A stretch of DNA of 39,147 nucleotides from a candidate division WOR-3 bacterium (GTDB lineage Bacteria > Hydrothermota > Hydrothermia > LBFQ01 > DSFT01), in assembly GCA_015494735.1 (NCBI GenBank), contig WGAQ01000157.1, positions 1-39,147 on the forward strand. The letters run 5' to 3'. The notes beneath the pieces were generated by a model. That model ran no database searches and was not told where the DNA came from. It saw only the letters and a list, made by a program, of their open reading frames with translations. The position numbers and the translations under genes are program-made. Shown in pieces: positions 9,217-17,752 of the stretch (position 1 is its first letter; the number at the start of each line of letters is the position of its first letter).

Positions 9217-9238
9217 AAAGTTTACAGAAAGTTTACAG
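9217..9238 (-). repeat. Perfect 11-bp tandem repeat (CTGTAAACTTT)x2, each copy holding a TAAACT -10-like box
   Basis: Plus strand AAAGTTTACAG at 9217-9227 and 9228-9238, filling most of the 27-bp gap between rsmI and the McrB-like gene. Confidence 0.9.
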
Positions 9239-9910
9239 TCAGATGCGTTTTTCCTTCGATACGACTATGACGATTTCCCCCCTGGGCTTCACCCTCTCCA
9301 TGACCTCCGATAGCCATCCGAATATGTACTCTTCGTGCATCTTGGTCATCTCCCGCCCTATGAAGACCCGCCTGTCTCCCATCACTTCCAGGATTTCTTT
9401 CAATGTCCTCTCTATTCGATGGGGAGATTCGTAGAGGATTATACTCCCTTCGAATTCGGCCAGCTCCTCCAGTCTCCTGCGGCGCTTCCCCTCCTTCCTG
9501 GGGAGGAATCCCTCGAATATGAACCTGTCCGTCGGGAGACCGGAGACGCTGAGGGCTGCTATAATGGCGGAGGGTCCCGGAACGGGCAGGACCTCTATTC
9601 CCTCCTCCCTTGCCATCCTTACCAGCCTGTAGCCGGGGTCCGATATGGTGGGGGTGCCCGCATCCGATATGAGGGCCACGCTTTTCCCCTCCTTCAGCAT
9701 CTGGATAATCTGGGGTGCCCTCGTCTTTTCGTTGCCCTCGAAGTAGGATATGAGGGGTCTGTCGATGCCGTAGTGCTGGAGGAATTTCTTTGCATGCCGT
9801 GTATCCTCGCACGCTATGGCATCCACCCCCTTCAGAACCTCCAGCGCCCTCAGGGTTATATCCCCGAGATTCCCTATCGGAGTCGAAACCACGTACAGCT
9901 TACCTGCCAT
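9239..9910 (-). CDS. rsmI: 16S rRNA (cytidine1402-2'-O)-methyltransferase
   Basis: Motifs GKLYVVSTPIGNLGDIT, ACEDTR, SDAGTPTISDPG, YESPHR and REMTKMHEE. The true start is likely ATG 9910. Confidence 0.95.
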   Translation of the reverse strand: MAGKLYVVSTPIGNLGDITLRALEVLKGVDAIACEDTRHAKKFLQHYGIDRPLISYFEGNEKTRAPQIIQMLKEGKSVALISDAGTPTISDPGYRLVRMAREEGIEVLPVPGPSAIIAALSVSGLPTDRFIFEGFLPRKEGKRRRRLEELAEFEGSIILYESPHRIERTLKEILEVMGDRRVFIGREMTKMHEEYIFGWLSEVMERVKPRGEIVIVVSKEKRI

Positions 9911-9920
9911 CTGCTCCACA

Positions 9921-9946
9921 ATTTTAATAGGCCCTTCCTTTAAAAT
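9921..9946. promoter_or_regulatory. Back-to-back divergent -10 boxes (minus TAAAAT 9921-9926; plus TAAAAT 9941-9946)
   Basis: They sit 10 nt from the rsmI ATG and 7 nt from GTG 9954, within a 43-bp intergenic gap. Confidence 0.6.
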
Positions 9947-9953
9947 TCGGTGG

Positions 9954-10292
9954 GTGAACGTGCTCCTGATTCCGGAGACCATAGAGCGCCACATCGGAAG
10001 GGGAGTGAAAGTGAATACCGGAGCCGATACCCTCATCCTGAGGAAGGGGTTTATCTCCGTGATTCTAAAGGTCGATTACTGGAGGGATGGACTCGTCTGC
10101 TTTCGCATCGTAAAGGGGAAACTCCTCATGTGGATTCTTTCTATGCTGGGCATCGTGCCCTCCGGAGGCGGCCGCCTGTGCCTGGACTTCTCCCGGGACT
10201 ATCCCGGCATGGTGGTGGAGGATGCGAGGGTGACGGATGGGGGTCTCCTTCTGCGTATCACTTTCGAGGAAGGAAGGGAATTAGGTTTCTGA
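9954..10292 (+). CDS. Hypothetical protein (112 aa, MNVLLIPETIERH...)
   Basis: Part of the 9816-10292 frame. The GTG start lies 7 nt after TAAAAT, and the ORF fills an otherwise empty gap. Confidence 0.55.
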   Translation: MNVLLIPETIERHIGRGVKVNTGADTLILRKGFISVILKVDYWRDGLVCFRIVKGKLLMWILSMLGIVPSGGGRLCLDFSRDYPGMVVEDARVTDGGLLLRITFEEGRELGF

Positions 10293-11133
10293 TTCGCTCC
10301 ATCAAACCCATCTTCTCCACCTCTCTGGATTCCAGGTAGGCTTTCGTTATCCTGTATCCCTGTTCTATCAACTCCTTTGCTCTGGAGAAGTCGAATATGG
10401 AGATGGGGGTTTCGGGCTCGAGTTTTATATAGTGGAGTTTCACATCCCTGTGCTTCTCAATTTCCCATTCGTGCTCCTTTATCTTGAGCCTGATGAGGTA
10501 ATCCATGGTGCGGGAGATGATTTCGAACAGGCCGGTCACCTTTTCGTCTATATGCCTCCTTCCCACTATGTGGAGGGCGTATATCTCCTTCGCCCCCTTC
10601 TCTATGGCTATCCTGTACGGAAGATTGCTCACGAATCCCCCGTCTATCAGTCGTCTTCCCTTGTAGGTCCAGGGGGGGAAGTATGGCGGGAGGGCAGAGG
10701 AGGCCATAAGAGCATCCAGGAGGGGGTCCGATTTGTTTTCTCCGAAGACGAAGACCTCGTATCGGTCTATGTCGAATGCGGGAACGTAGAAATCCAGTTG
10801 CAATTCGGCGAATGTTCTGGCGGGGAGGACCCTCTGGAGGAAGTTGTACAGGGCTCTGTTCGTGAAGAGACTTTCGGAGTTCCTGATGAATCTCCACAGG
10901 GCCCTTAGCCTTCCCTCCGGGAATATGTCCTTCCTCCTGACCTTCAGCCACAGCTGTTCCAGCTCCGATATGCCCTCCAGGTCGGGCTTGTACGAGAAGT
11001 AGGCCCCGTTCAGGGAACCGATGGAAACCCCTATGACCATATCGAACTGTATGCCCTTCTCCACAAGGGCTCTGAGGGCACCCACCTGAAGGGCCCCCTT
11101 GTTGGAACCTCCGCTCAGTATCAGCGCTCTCAT
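10258..11133 (-). CDS. Patatin-like phospholipase
   Basis: Gly-rich LSGGSNKG, nucleophile GVSIG, ASSALP and DGG motif. Confidence 0.92.
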   Translation of the reverse strand: MRALILSGGSNKGALQVGALRALVEKGIQFDMVIGVSIGSLNGAYFSYKPDLEGISELEQLWLKVRRKDIFPEGRLRALWRFIRNSESLFTNRALYNFLQRVLPARTFAELQLDFYVPAFDIDRYEVFVFGENKSDPLLDALMASSALPPYFPPWTYKGRRLIDGGFVSNLPYRIAIEKGAKEIYALHIVGRRHIDEKVTGLFEIISRTMDYLIRLKIKEHEWEIEKHRDVKLHYIKLEPETPISIFDFSRAKELIEQGYRITKAYLESREVEKMGLMERIRNLIPFLPRK

Positions 11134-13325
11134 GATGAACTGTTGTAATATTTGCGATAATACCTGTAGTACCTGTAGTATCCGGTTCTGGTGAATCCCA
11201 CGGAATTGAGGATGTAGGCTATGATGTCCTGTGCCTCCAGCATGGACATGGCCCTTTCTATGGCTTCCACCTGCGTATGGGAAGCCCTTATGATGAAAAA
11301 CACCTTCCCCAGTTTCTCCACCGTCAGGGTGGTTTCCGCCACGTTCAGCACGGGGGGTATATCCATCAGGATGTAATCGTATTTCCCTTCCAGGTATTCC
11401 ATGAGACGGTCGTACTCCGGACTGGAGAAGACAGCGATGGGGTCTATGAATCTCCTGCCCGCGGGAATTATGTGCAGGGTCTCTTTCACGGGATGTATTA
11501 TGGAATCGAAGTCCGCCCCTTCCGTTATGTTGGTCAGGCCTTCTGCCTCCTTCAAATCGAACATCTCCGATATGTTCTTCTTCCTCATGTCCCCGTCCAC
11601 CACGACCACGCTCTTCTTCATCATGGCCAGAACTGCTGCCAGATTTATCAGGAAGAAGGTTTTTCCCTCCCCCTGAATGGAACTGGTGGCTCCAGTCTTC
11701 TTAATGTTCCTGTTGATGATTTCCCTGAGGGCGATTATCCTGAAGGACTCGAGGGCTCCGGAGCCCTGAATCAGTTTGTTCCTCAGGTCCTTCAGGAGTA
11801 TGTTGATGGGCATTTCGTCCTCGTCCTCTATGTAGGGTATTTCGTAGAGCTTCTCCTTGGGAATGTTGAGCTTTATGGCCACTTCATCGGGGTCCCTCAC
11901 CGTGTTGGATGCGTACTCCACTATGAGAATGTAAGATATTGCAAACAGGAGTGCGAATAGGAGGGATGCTAACAGGTTTCTCTTCCAGTGCCTTCCCCGG
12001 ATGACCCTTTCCATTTCGATTTCCATAATCTTGAAATCCGGAACCACCTCCGCCTCTTCTATGCGGATTTCCTCCAGTCTCTGGGAGAGGAGGGTCAGTA
12101 TGTCCTCGATGGCTTTCTTCCTGGCCTGGAGGGTGAGGGCCTCTTTTTCGTTCTCCATGGAGCGTCCTATCATGTTCTTTATGTTCCTCTCCTTGAGTTT
12201 TATGTACTGAAGGCGGGATTCCATATTCTTGAGCCTCTCCTTCACCATCCTTTTCAGGGATTCCCTCATCTGCTCCAGACGGCTCTCCATTATGCGGTAT
12301 TCCTGACTCTCCTTCCCGTAGAGTATGCCCATCAGATTCAGACTGTCCTGGAGAGTGTAAAGGGCCTTCAGCCTCTCCCTCAGGAGGTCATCCGATGTTA
12401 TTATGTACTCCAGACCCTCCTCCCTGTTCAGCCATCTGCGGAGAAAATCGATTTCCGTTTCTATCTCTATCTTCTGCCTTTCCAGCTCCAGGAGTTCCGC
12501 CCACGCGGGGCTCTTCCTGTCTATTTCCACATACGCGTTGCGCAGACGGAACACCCTGATCTGGTAATTGATTTTGTCCAGTTCCTCCATGTAATTGTTG
12601 ATCTGTCTGGAGATGAACCTCTTGCTGTTCTGATACTTCAGGGTCTTATCCCGCATGTTGTACTTGAGGATGAATCGGGAGAATCTGTCCACCACCTCCT
12701 TCACGTACGGGTCCCCTTCGGAAACCTGAAATATGACCACCTTCAGATTATCCTCTCCCAGCATGGGGGATTCCACATTCCTCGATATTCCAAGCATTTC
12801 CTGTATGTTCATCACCTTTATGTGGAGTTTTCTGTACAGTCTCTCCGCTGCCTGTTCGGATGAGAGGAATCTCAGTTTCACATCCCCATCCCGGTCCGCC
12901 CTCACTTCCACGTAGGGGTTGTCCACGTTGACCCTTACAGTTATGGTCTCCTGCGGAGGGATTTCCTTCACTCTGATGGACAGAATCTTCATCCTGGGAG
13001 GGGATTTCTCTTCCACCACGAATCTGTATCCCGTGGAATCGACGAATTCCCGTATCACTTCCCGGCTGGCAATCATGGCCAGGAGTTTCTGCTCCGGGGG
13101 AACTTCCTTGCGGCCCATGTAGAGGTAGGGGAGTATGCTCTGCGACTCCTTTCGGGTTTCATAGGGGATGAATTTGGCTCTCGATATGTAGAGCTCGTAG
13201 GTCTTTTCCATCAGGGTGAGTGCAATTCCCAGTATCAGGAATACGATGAAACTGGCGACGATTTCCCTCCAGTAATGCCTTACATAGTAGAGACCTGTTG
13301 CCAGCAGGTCGTTGTTTACGTTCAA
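11130..13325 (-). CDS. Wzc-like bacterial tyrosine (BY) kinase / polysaccharide co-polymerase
   Basis: Two TM helices flank a coiled-coil periplasmic region. Walker A GEGKT, A' VVDGDMRK, B ILMDIPP, and C-terminal tyrosine cluster GYYRYYRYYRKYY. TTG start 1 nt after the upstream stop. Confidence 0.88.
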   Translation of the reverse strand: MNVNNDLLATGLYYVRHYWREIVASFIVFLILGIALTLMEKTYELYISRAKFIPYETRKESQSILPYLYMGRKEVPPEQKLLAMIASREVIREFVDSTGYRFVVEEKSPPRMKILSIRVKEIPPQETITVRVNVDNPYVEVRADRDGDVKLRFLSSEQAAERLYRKLHIKVMNIQEMLGISRNVESPMLGEDNLKVVIFQVSEGDPYVKEVVDRFSRFILKYNMRDKTLKYQNSKRFISRQINNYMEELDKINYQIRVFRLRNAYVEIDRKSPAWAELLELERQKIEIETEIDFLRRWLNREEGLEYIITSDDLLRERLKALYTLQDSLNLMGILYGKESQEYRIMESRLEQMRESLKRMVKERLKNMESRLQYIKLKERNIKNMIGRSMENEKEALTLQARKKAIEDILTLLSQRLEEIRIEEAEVVPDFKIMEIEMERVIRGRHWKRNLLASLLFALLFAISYILIVEYASNTVRDPDEVAIKLNIPKEKLYEIPYIEDEDEMPINILLKDLRNKLIQGSGALESFRIIALREIINRNIKKTGATSSIQGEGKTFFLINLAAVLAMMKKSVVVVDGDMRKKNISEMFDLKEAEGLTNITEGADFDSIIHPVKETLHIIPAGRRFIDPIAVFSSPEYDRLMEYLEGKYDYILMDIPPVLNVAETTLTVEKLGKVFFIIRASHTQVEAIERAMSMLEAQDIIAYILNSVGFTRTGYYRYYRYYRKYYNSSS

Positions 13326-13326
13326 A

Positions 13327-14223
13327 CTACTGGGCTCCCTTCTCCCTCAGGTATATGTCCACTATCTGCTGGGCCACGTACTTTTCATTCTTGAAGATCT
13401 TCGATGCGGTGTCGTACAGGACGGGGGGTGGAAAGTCCGGAGGTATCTGAAATGTGGTCTCATCTATCTTGGGATTCTCGTTCACCTTCTCGGCCTCCAC
13501 CAGGAGCTGCTTCCCCGTCAGAACCTCGCTTCCCAGGATTATGTTCTTCCAGAGGAAGATTCGTATGTCCTTTCCGTAAACCTTGTAAACCTCTGCATCC
13601 TTGCCCGCAATCTTCTTTATGGTGGGGAGTTTCTCTATCATGGCGGCGTAGAGGAATCCGAGGGACATCTCCTTGGAGAGACCCCTTATGATGGGCCCGA
13701 GTTTCTTCCTCGTCTCAGCAGAGGCGGTGTCCCATATCTCGTGAAGGACCACATACAGGGCGTTGGGTCTTCTGGAGCCCTCCCACACGTAATTGGCGCA
13801 TACCAGCTGTCTGATTCCATTCACCTCCTTGACCACCTTGTTCTTCTTCAGGCAGTAGGGATTGCCCTTCACATATTCGCCCTTCTCCTTATCGTAGTAC
13901 ATTACCCCCGGCTCGTCCTTTATTCTGTATTTCACGCATTCACAGGACAGTTTGTAGGAAGTTATGTAATCCGGTGTCTGAATCCTGAGGGTCTTTATGG
14001 GCACGGAGCCCGCTTTTGTATCCTTGGCCCTCTTCTGCCTGTGACCCCAGTTGTCGAATATGAGGTACTCTTTTCCCTCTTCCACACCGCTTATCTTGTA
14101 GAGGACCTCCCCCTTTTCGATTTCGTAGGGTCTGAATACGTCCTCCAGTTCCGCGGTGGCATAGTCTATGCTCTCTCCACCGCATGCGGTTATGAAGAAG
14201 AGCAGGGGTAGAATTCTCTTCAT
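13327..14223 (-). CDS. Lipoprotein of unknown function (DUF4412-like fold suspected)
   Basis: Lipobox MKRILPLLFFITA-C. Segments YLIFDNWG, KIAGKDAEVY and IDETTFQIP recall DUF4412-type proteins (from memory). Confidence 0.65.
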   Translation of the reverse strand: MKRILPLLFFITACGGESIDYATAELEDVFRPYEIEKGEVLYKISGVEEGKEYLIFDNWGHRQKRAKDTKAGSVPIKTLRIQTPDYITSYKLSCECVKYRIKDEPGVMYYDKEKGEYVKGNPYCLKKNKVVKEVNGIRQLVCANYVWEGSRRPNALYVVLHEIWDTASAETRKKLGPIIRGLSKEMSLGFLYAAMIEKLPTIKKIAGKDAEVYKVYGKDIRIFLWKNIILGSEVLTGKQLLVEAEKVNENPKIDETTFQIPPDFPPPVLYDTASKIFKNEKYVAQQIVDIYLREKGAQ

Positions 14224-14672
14224 TATGAATTCCTCCTGTTTTCGTATTCCACTATCTTATTCACCCTCCTGGCGTGCCTTCCCCCCTCGAAGGGTGTGTT
14301 CAGAAATACTTCCACCGTGGTTATGGCGTCCTGGAGACTTATAAAATCGGCGGGAAGGGCCAGAACATTGGCATCGTTGTGCTGGCGGGCGAGTCGGGCG
14401 AATGTGGGGTTTATGCACAGGGCGGAGCGAATTCCGGGCACTTTGTTGGCTGCTATGCTAGAGCCCTGCCCTGTGGAGCATATAACTATACCGAATCTGG
14501 ATTCCCCCCTGGCGACGGATTCGGCGCATGGGATGATGTAGTCCGGATAGTCTGTGGATTCCCCGGAATTGGTGCCGAAATCCACCACCTCGTATCCCTT
14601 TTCCCTGAGGTAGGATTTCAGGTGTTCCTTCAAACGATATCCCCTGTGATCACTGGCTATCGAGATTTTCAT
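14223..14672 (-). CDS. rpiB: Ribose-5-phosphate isomerase B
   Basis: Motifs ASDHRG, TDYPDY, ICSTGQG, ANKVPGIR, ARQHNDANVL and FEGGRHARR. Confidence 0.95.
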   Translation of the reverse strand: MKISIASDHRGYRLKEHLKSYLREKGYEVVDFGTNSGESTDYPDYIIPCAESVARGESRFGIVICSTGQGSSIAANKVPGIRSALCINPTFARLARQHNDANVLALPADFISLQDAITTVEVFLNTPFEGGRHARRVNKIVEYENRRNS

Positions 14673-16308
14673 GGATTCTTAATTTTAAAGGGTTGTCCGG
14701 ATGCAATATGCTATCGTAATTCAGGATCTGGAGGGCAATTTCTCTGAATACCGGTGCCGCCACCGTCCCCCCGTACTTATTCCTCTGTGGCTCGTCCACC
14801 ACAACGTATATAAGGTACCTGGGTGTGTCCACCGGGAAGAATCCTATGAAAGAGGTTACCACCCTTGTGTCGCTGTATGTGCCCGTATTCGGGTCGAACT
14901 TCTGGGCCGTCCCTGTCTTGCCGGCCACCTTCAGTCCATCTATCCGGGCATGCCTTCCGGAGCCGCTATCCACCACCACGGTGAGGAGGCTCTTCAATCT
15001 CCGTGCTGTGGAGTCGTCCATGCACCTGCGGACAACCACCCTTTTACCGTACGTTTTATCCCCCACCTTCAGGAGCAGGCGGGGAGCCAGGAGCCATCCA
15101 CCGTTGGCTATGCACGAATAGGCCATGGCCATCTGGATTCCGCTCACAGAGAGCCCCTGTCCCATGGCCCAGTTGGCGATTTCGATTCTGCGTTTTCTCT
15201 TTATGAGTCTGCCGTTGGTTTCCCCATTCAGGAGTATATCCGTCTTCAGACCGAAGCCCACCCTGCGGAATATGGCATAGAGGCTATCTGCCCCTATCAT
15301 GAGGCCCAGTTTTGCGAATGCCGTATTGACCGAATGGGCCAGGGCATGGCGCCAGGTTATGTATCCCGTCTCGTTCGTGACGTTCCTTATCCTGTATCTC
15401 CCTATCCTGAGACCGCCCCGGGGGACGAAGACGGAATCATCCTCTTTTATGAGGCCCATCTCCAGGGCTTTTGCCATGGTGAATATCTTCACCGTCGAAC
15501 CGGGCTCGTACTGATACTGCACTGCATAGTTCACGTATCCCCGCCCCTTCTTCCGGGGATTCCTGTACTGGGCCATTGCCAGCACTTCCCCCGTGCCCGG
15601 GTCCACCACTATGGCGAATCCCCAGTTGGCATCCTCCTCCAGAACCTTGCCCTTCAGGGCCCGGTATGCTATCGTCTGGATGGCCATATCCAGGGTGGTC
15701 CTCACGTCCTTCCCGGGAAGGGGCTCCTTTCTGGTTGCTATGTAGAACCTTTCTCCCACGGCGCTCTGGAGGAAGTACTCATAACCGCTCTTCCCCCTGA
15801 TGAAATCTTCCAGCGTCTTTTCGAGCCCCTCCTTCCCGGTGAGGCTCTGTCCCACATCCCTCCCTGCAAATCCCACCACATTTCTGGCCACCTCGTCGAA
15901 GGGATAGATGCGGTCGTATGTCTTTATGGCGGATATGCCCCTCACCTTGCGGGACATGACCAGGGGCTTGTATTCGATGGGCACGTTCTTCTTCAGGAGC
16001 TTCCACTGTCCGGGTTTTATGTTCAGGGGTTTTATCCCCAGTTCGGACAGGAGCCCCACGTAGTCGAATACGCTGTCCTTTACGACCCGCTGATATAAAT
16101 CCAGAACCGGAATGCTCAGGGCCATGGGCCTCTGGTTTCTGTCGTATATTCCTCCCCTGAAGGGGGGCCTTTTGATGATTCGAAGAGATTGCTTCTCAGC
16201 CAGTTTTCTGTACTCTTCAATTCCGATTATCTGAATCCTTGCCAGGAGGGCCACCACCAGAAGAAACCACACTATCACGCCCACCTGGACCGCCCTCAGC
16301 CTCCACAT
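14650..16308 (-). CDS. ftsI: Class B penicillin-binding protein (FtsI/PBP3-like transpeptidase)
   Basis: N-terminal TM, RGGIYDRN, SxxK (EPGSTVK), SxN (HSVN) and KTGTAQK. No PASTA domain. Preceded by an FtsL-like ORF. Confidence 0.85.
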   Translation of the reverse strand: MWRLRAVQVGVIVWFLLVVALLARIQIIGIEEYRKLAEKQSLRIIKRPPFRGGIYDRNQRPMALSIPVLDLYQRVVKDSVFDYVGLLSELGIKPLNIKPGQWKLLKKNVPIEYKPLVMSRKVRGISAIKTYDRIYPFDEVARNVVGFAGRDVGQSLTGKEGLEKTLEDFIRGKSGYEYFLQSAVGERFYIATRKEPLPGKDVRTTLDMAIQTIAYRALKGKVLEEDANWGFAIVVDPGTGEVLAMAQYRNPRKKGRGYVNYAVQYQYEPGSTVKIFTMAKALEMGLIKEDDSVFVPRGGLRIGRYRIRNVTNETGYITWRHALAHSVNTAFAKLGLMIGADSLYAIFRRVGFGLKTDILLNGETNGRLIKRKRRIEIANWAMGQGLSVSGIQMAMAYSCIANGGWLLAPRLLLKVGDKTYGKRVVVRRCMDDSTARRLKSLLTVVVDSGSGRHARIDGLKVAGKTGTAQKFDPNTGTYSDTRVVTSFIGFFPVDTPRYLIYVVVDEPQRNKYGGTVAAPVFREIALQILNYDSILHPDNPLKLRIHENLDSQ

Positions 16309-16507
16309 GGTTCACGTACTCCTTGAATGGAAATTTCCTGTAATACTCTGCCTGAATCCTGTGGTACCTGCTTATCCATACATCCCTTTCATCTTTCAAT
16401 CTCGTGACCTTCCTCGAATACATATAGTTCAAATTGTTCAACCACACCAGCCCCATGGCCAATATGGAGAAGGCAACGATATATAGCAGGGCTTCACTTC
16501 TCTTCAT
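16217..16507 (-). CDS. FtsL-like small bitopic membrane protein
   Basis: Short N-tail, one TM (ALLYIVAFSILAMGLVWL) and a coiled-coil-like segment, positioned directly before ftsI. The last 30 codons overlap ftsI. Confidence 0.55.
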   Translation of the reverse strand: MKRSEALLYIVAFSILAMGLVWLNNLNYMYSRKVTRLKDERDVWISRYHRIQAEYYRKFPFKEYVNHVEAEGGPGGRDSVVSSGGGPPGKDSDNRN

Positions 16508-17207
16508 TTCCAAGGAGGTCGGTGGAGGTTCCTATCCTGTCGGCTCCTGCCATAATCATTCTCAGGGCTTTGTCCACGGTCCTTATGCCGCCTGCTGCTT
16601 TAACTCCTATGGAATTTCCGGTTGCCATCCGGAGCAGAGCCACGTCGAAATATGTGGCCCCTCCCTTCGAGAATCCCGTCGAAGTCTTCACGAATCGGGC
16701 TCCGCTGTTCACCACTATCTTCGTCGCTGTTATTTTCTCCTCATCCGTGAGGAGGGCCGTTTCTATTATCACTTTCACGTGGGGATGAATGGATGCTATG
16801 GCCTTTATCTCCTCCTCCACGAATTTGTATTCCCCGCTCTTGAAGGCCCCTATATTCATCACCATGTCGATTTCATTCATCCCCGCATTCAGGAGAAGTT
16901 CCGTTTCGTACATCTTGACCTTCTTCAGGGTGGCTCCCAGCGGGAATCCTACCACCGCGCATGTGGCTATCCCCGCGGGTTTGAGGTGCTCCCTGATGAA
17001 GGAGGCGTAGTGGGGGTTCACGCATACCCCGAAGTACTGCCGCTTTATGGCTGTATTGCACAGGTTTATGATATCATCGTACGTGGCCTCCGGCTTCAGG
17101 AGGGTGTAGTCTATGTACTTCTTCAGGTCCACCTGCGGCAGGGAGGAGGCATTTTCCACTTCTCTCGCCCTCTCTCTCGCTTCTTCGATGAGTCTCCCGT
17201 AATCCAT
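16494..17207 (-). CDS. deoC: Deoxyribose-phosphate aldolase
   Basis: Motifs IDYTLLKP, VVGFPLG, EIDMVMN, KVIIET, FVKTSTGF, VKAAGGIR and RIGTS. Confidence 0.96.
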   Translation of the reverse strand: MDYGRLIEEARERAREVENASSLPQVDLKKYIDYTLLKPEATYDDIINLCNTAIKRQYFGVCVNPHYASFIREHLKPAGIATCAVVGFPLGATLKKVKMYETELLLNAGMNEIDMVMNIGAFKSGEYKFVEEEIKAIASIHPHVKVIIETALLTDEEKITATKIVVNSGARFVKTSTGFSKGGATYFDVALLRMATGNSIGVKAAGGIRTVDKALRMIMAGADRIGTSTDLLGNEEK

Positions 17208-17227
17208 TGCAGGGAAATTTTATAGGT

Positions 17228-17710
17228 TTAAGTCCTGCTCCTGTCTCTGAAGTGGGCCACGATGCCTTCTGCCAGGAGCATGATTATCCCTATCGTGATA
17301 AAGGCATCGGCACCGTTGAACACGTACCACCTCAGATTCTCCCCTATCCCCATATCTATGAAATCCACCACCTCGCCCCTCATGATACGGTCGAATATGT
17401 TTCCTATTGCCCCTCCCAGTATCATGCTGTATGCTATGATGTTCCAGACGCTGTTTTCCATGAGGGCCATTATCAGTACCAGCACGCTTATGGCACCCGC
17501 CACCAGGGTGTAGGGAAAATTCTCACCCAGAGATATGCCGAATGCCGTGTTGGGGTTGAAAATCAGGGTGATTCTGAAGAAGTCCCCTATCACGGGGACG
17601 GGAATGCCTGCGGGAAAATTCTGCACGACGAGGATTTTTATTATCTGGTCGATGGCAAAGGTCATAAAAGAAACGAAAGCGATTATCCCCAGTTTCCTCC
17701 TGAAACTCAT
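17228..17710 (-). CDS. lspA: Lipoprotein signal peptidase (SPase II)
   Basis: Motifs DQIIK, NPNTAFG, GAIGNIFDR, VVDFID and FNGADAFI. Confidence 0.95.
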   Translation of the reverse strand: MSFRRKLGIIAFVSFMTFAIDQIIKILVVQNFPAGIPVPVIGDFFRITLIFNPNTAFGISLGENFPYTLVAGAISVLVLIMALMENSVWNIIAYSMILGGAIGNIFDRIMRGEVVDFIDMGIGENLRWYVFNGADAFITIGIIMLLAEGIVAHFRDRSRT

Positions 17711-17728
17711 TTCCCTTTCTCCAGAAAG

Positions 17729-17745
17729 CGCCCCGAAGTGGGGCG
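17729..17745 (-). terminator. GC hairpin CGCCCC-ACTTC-GGGGCG followed by CTTTCT
   Basis: 6-bp stem in the 42-bp gap right after the four-gene membrane module. The U-tract is weak. Confidence 0.45.
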
Positions 17746-17752
17746 AAATGCA

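Noticed and set aside
9911-10036. N-terminal extension of RsmI in the ORF track, and likewise for PyrR (34380), rpmI (27343) and ORFs starting at 23034, 34389 and 21199
   Set aside because: Family homology, -10 boxes, SD position or ATGA coupling place the starts downstream. The extensions run through promoters or neighbouring genes.
7496-11133. McrB-like GTPase plus patatin as a CBASS-like or defence island
   Set aside because: No cyclase, McrC, methylase or mobility genes, and no compositional shift. rsmI and a divergent ORF separate them, and the patatin is coupled to the BY-kinase operon.
11142-11181. Short 9-nt repeat (TACTACAGG x2 on the minus strand)
   Set aside because: It simply encodes the YYR tyrosine cluster of the BY-kinase. 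It is not a CRISPR or contingency repeat.
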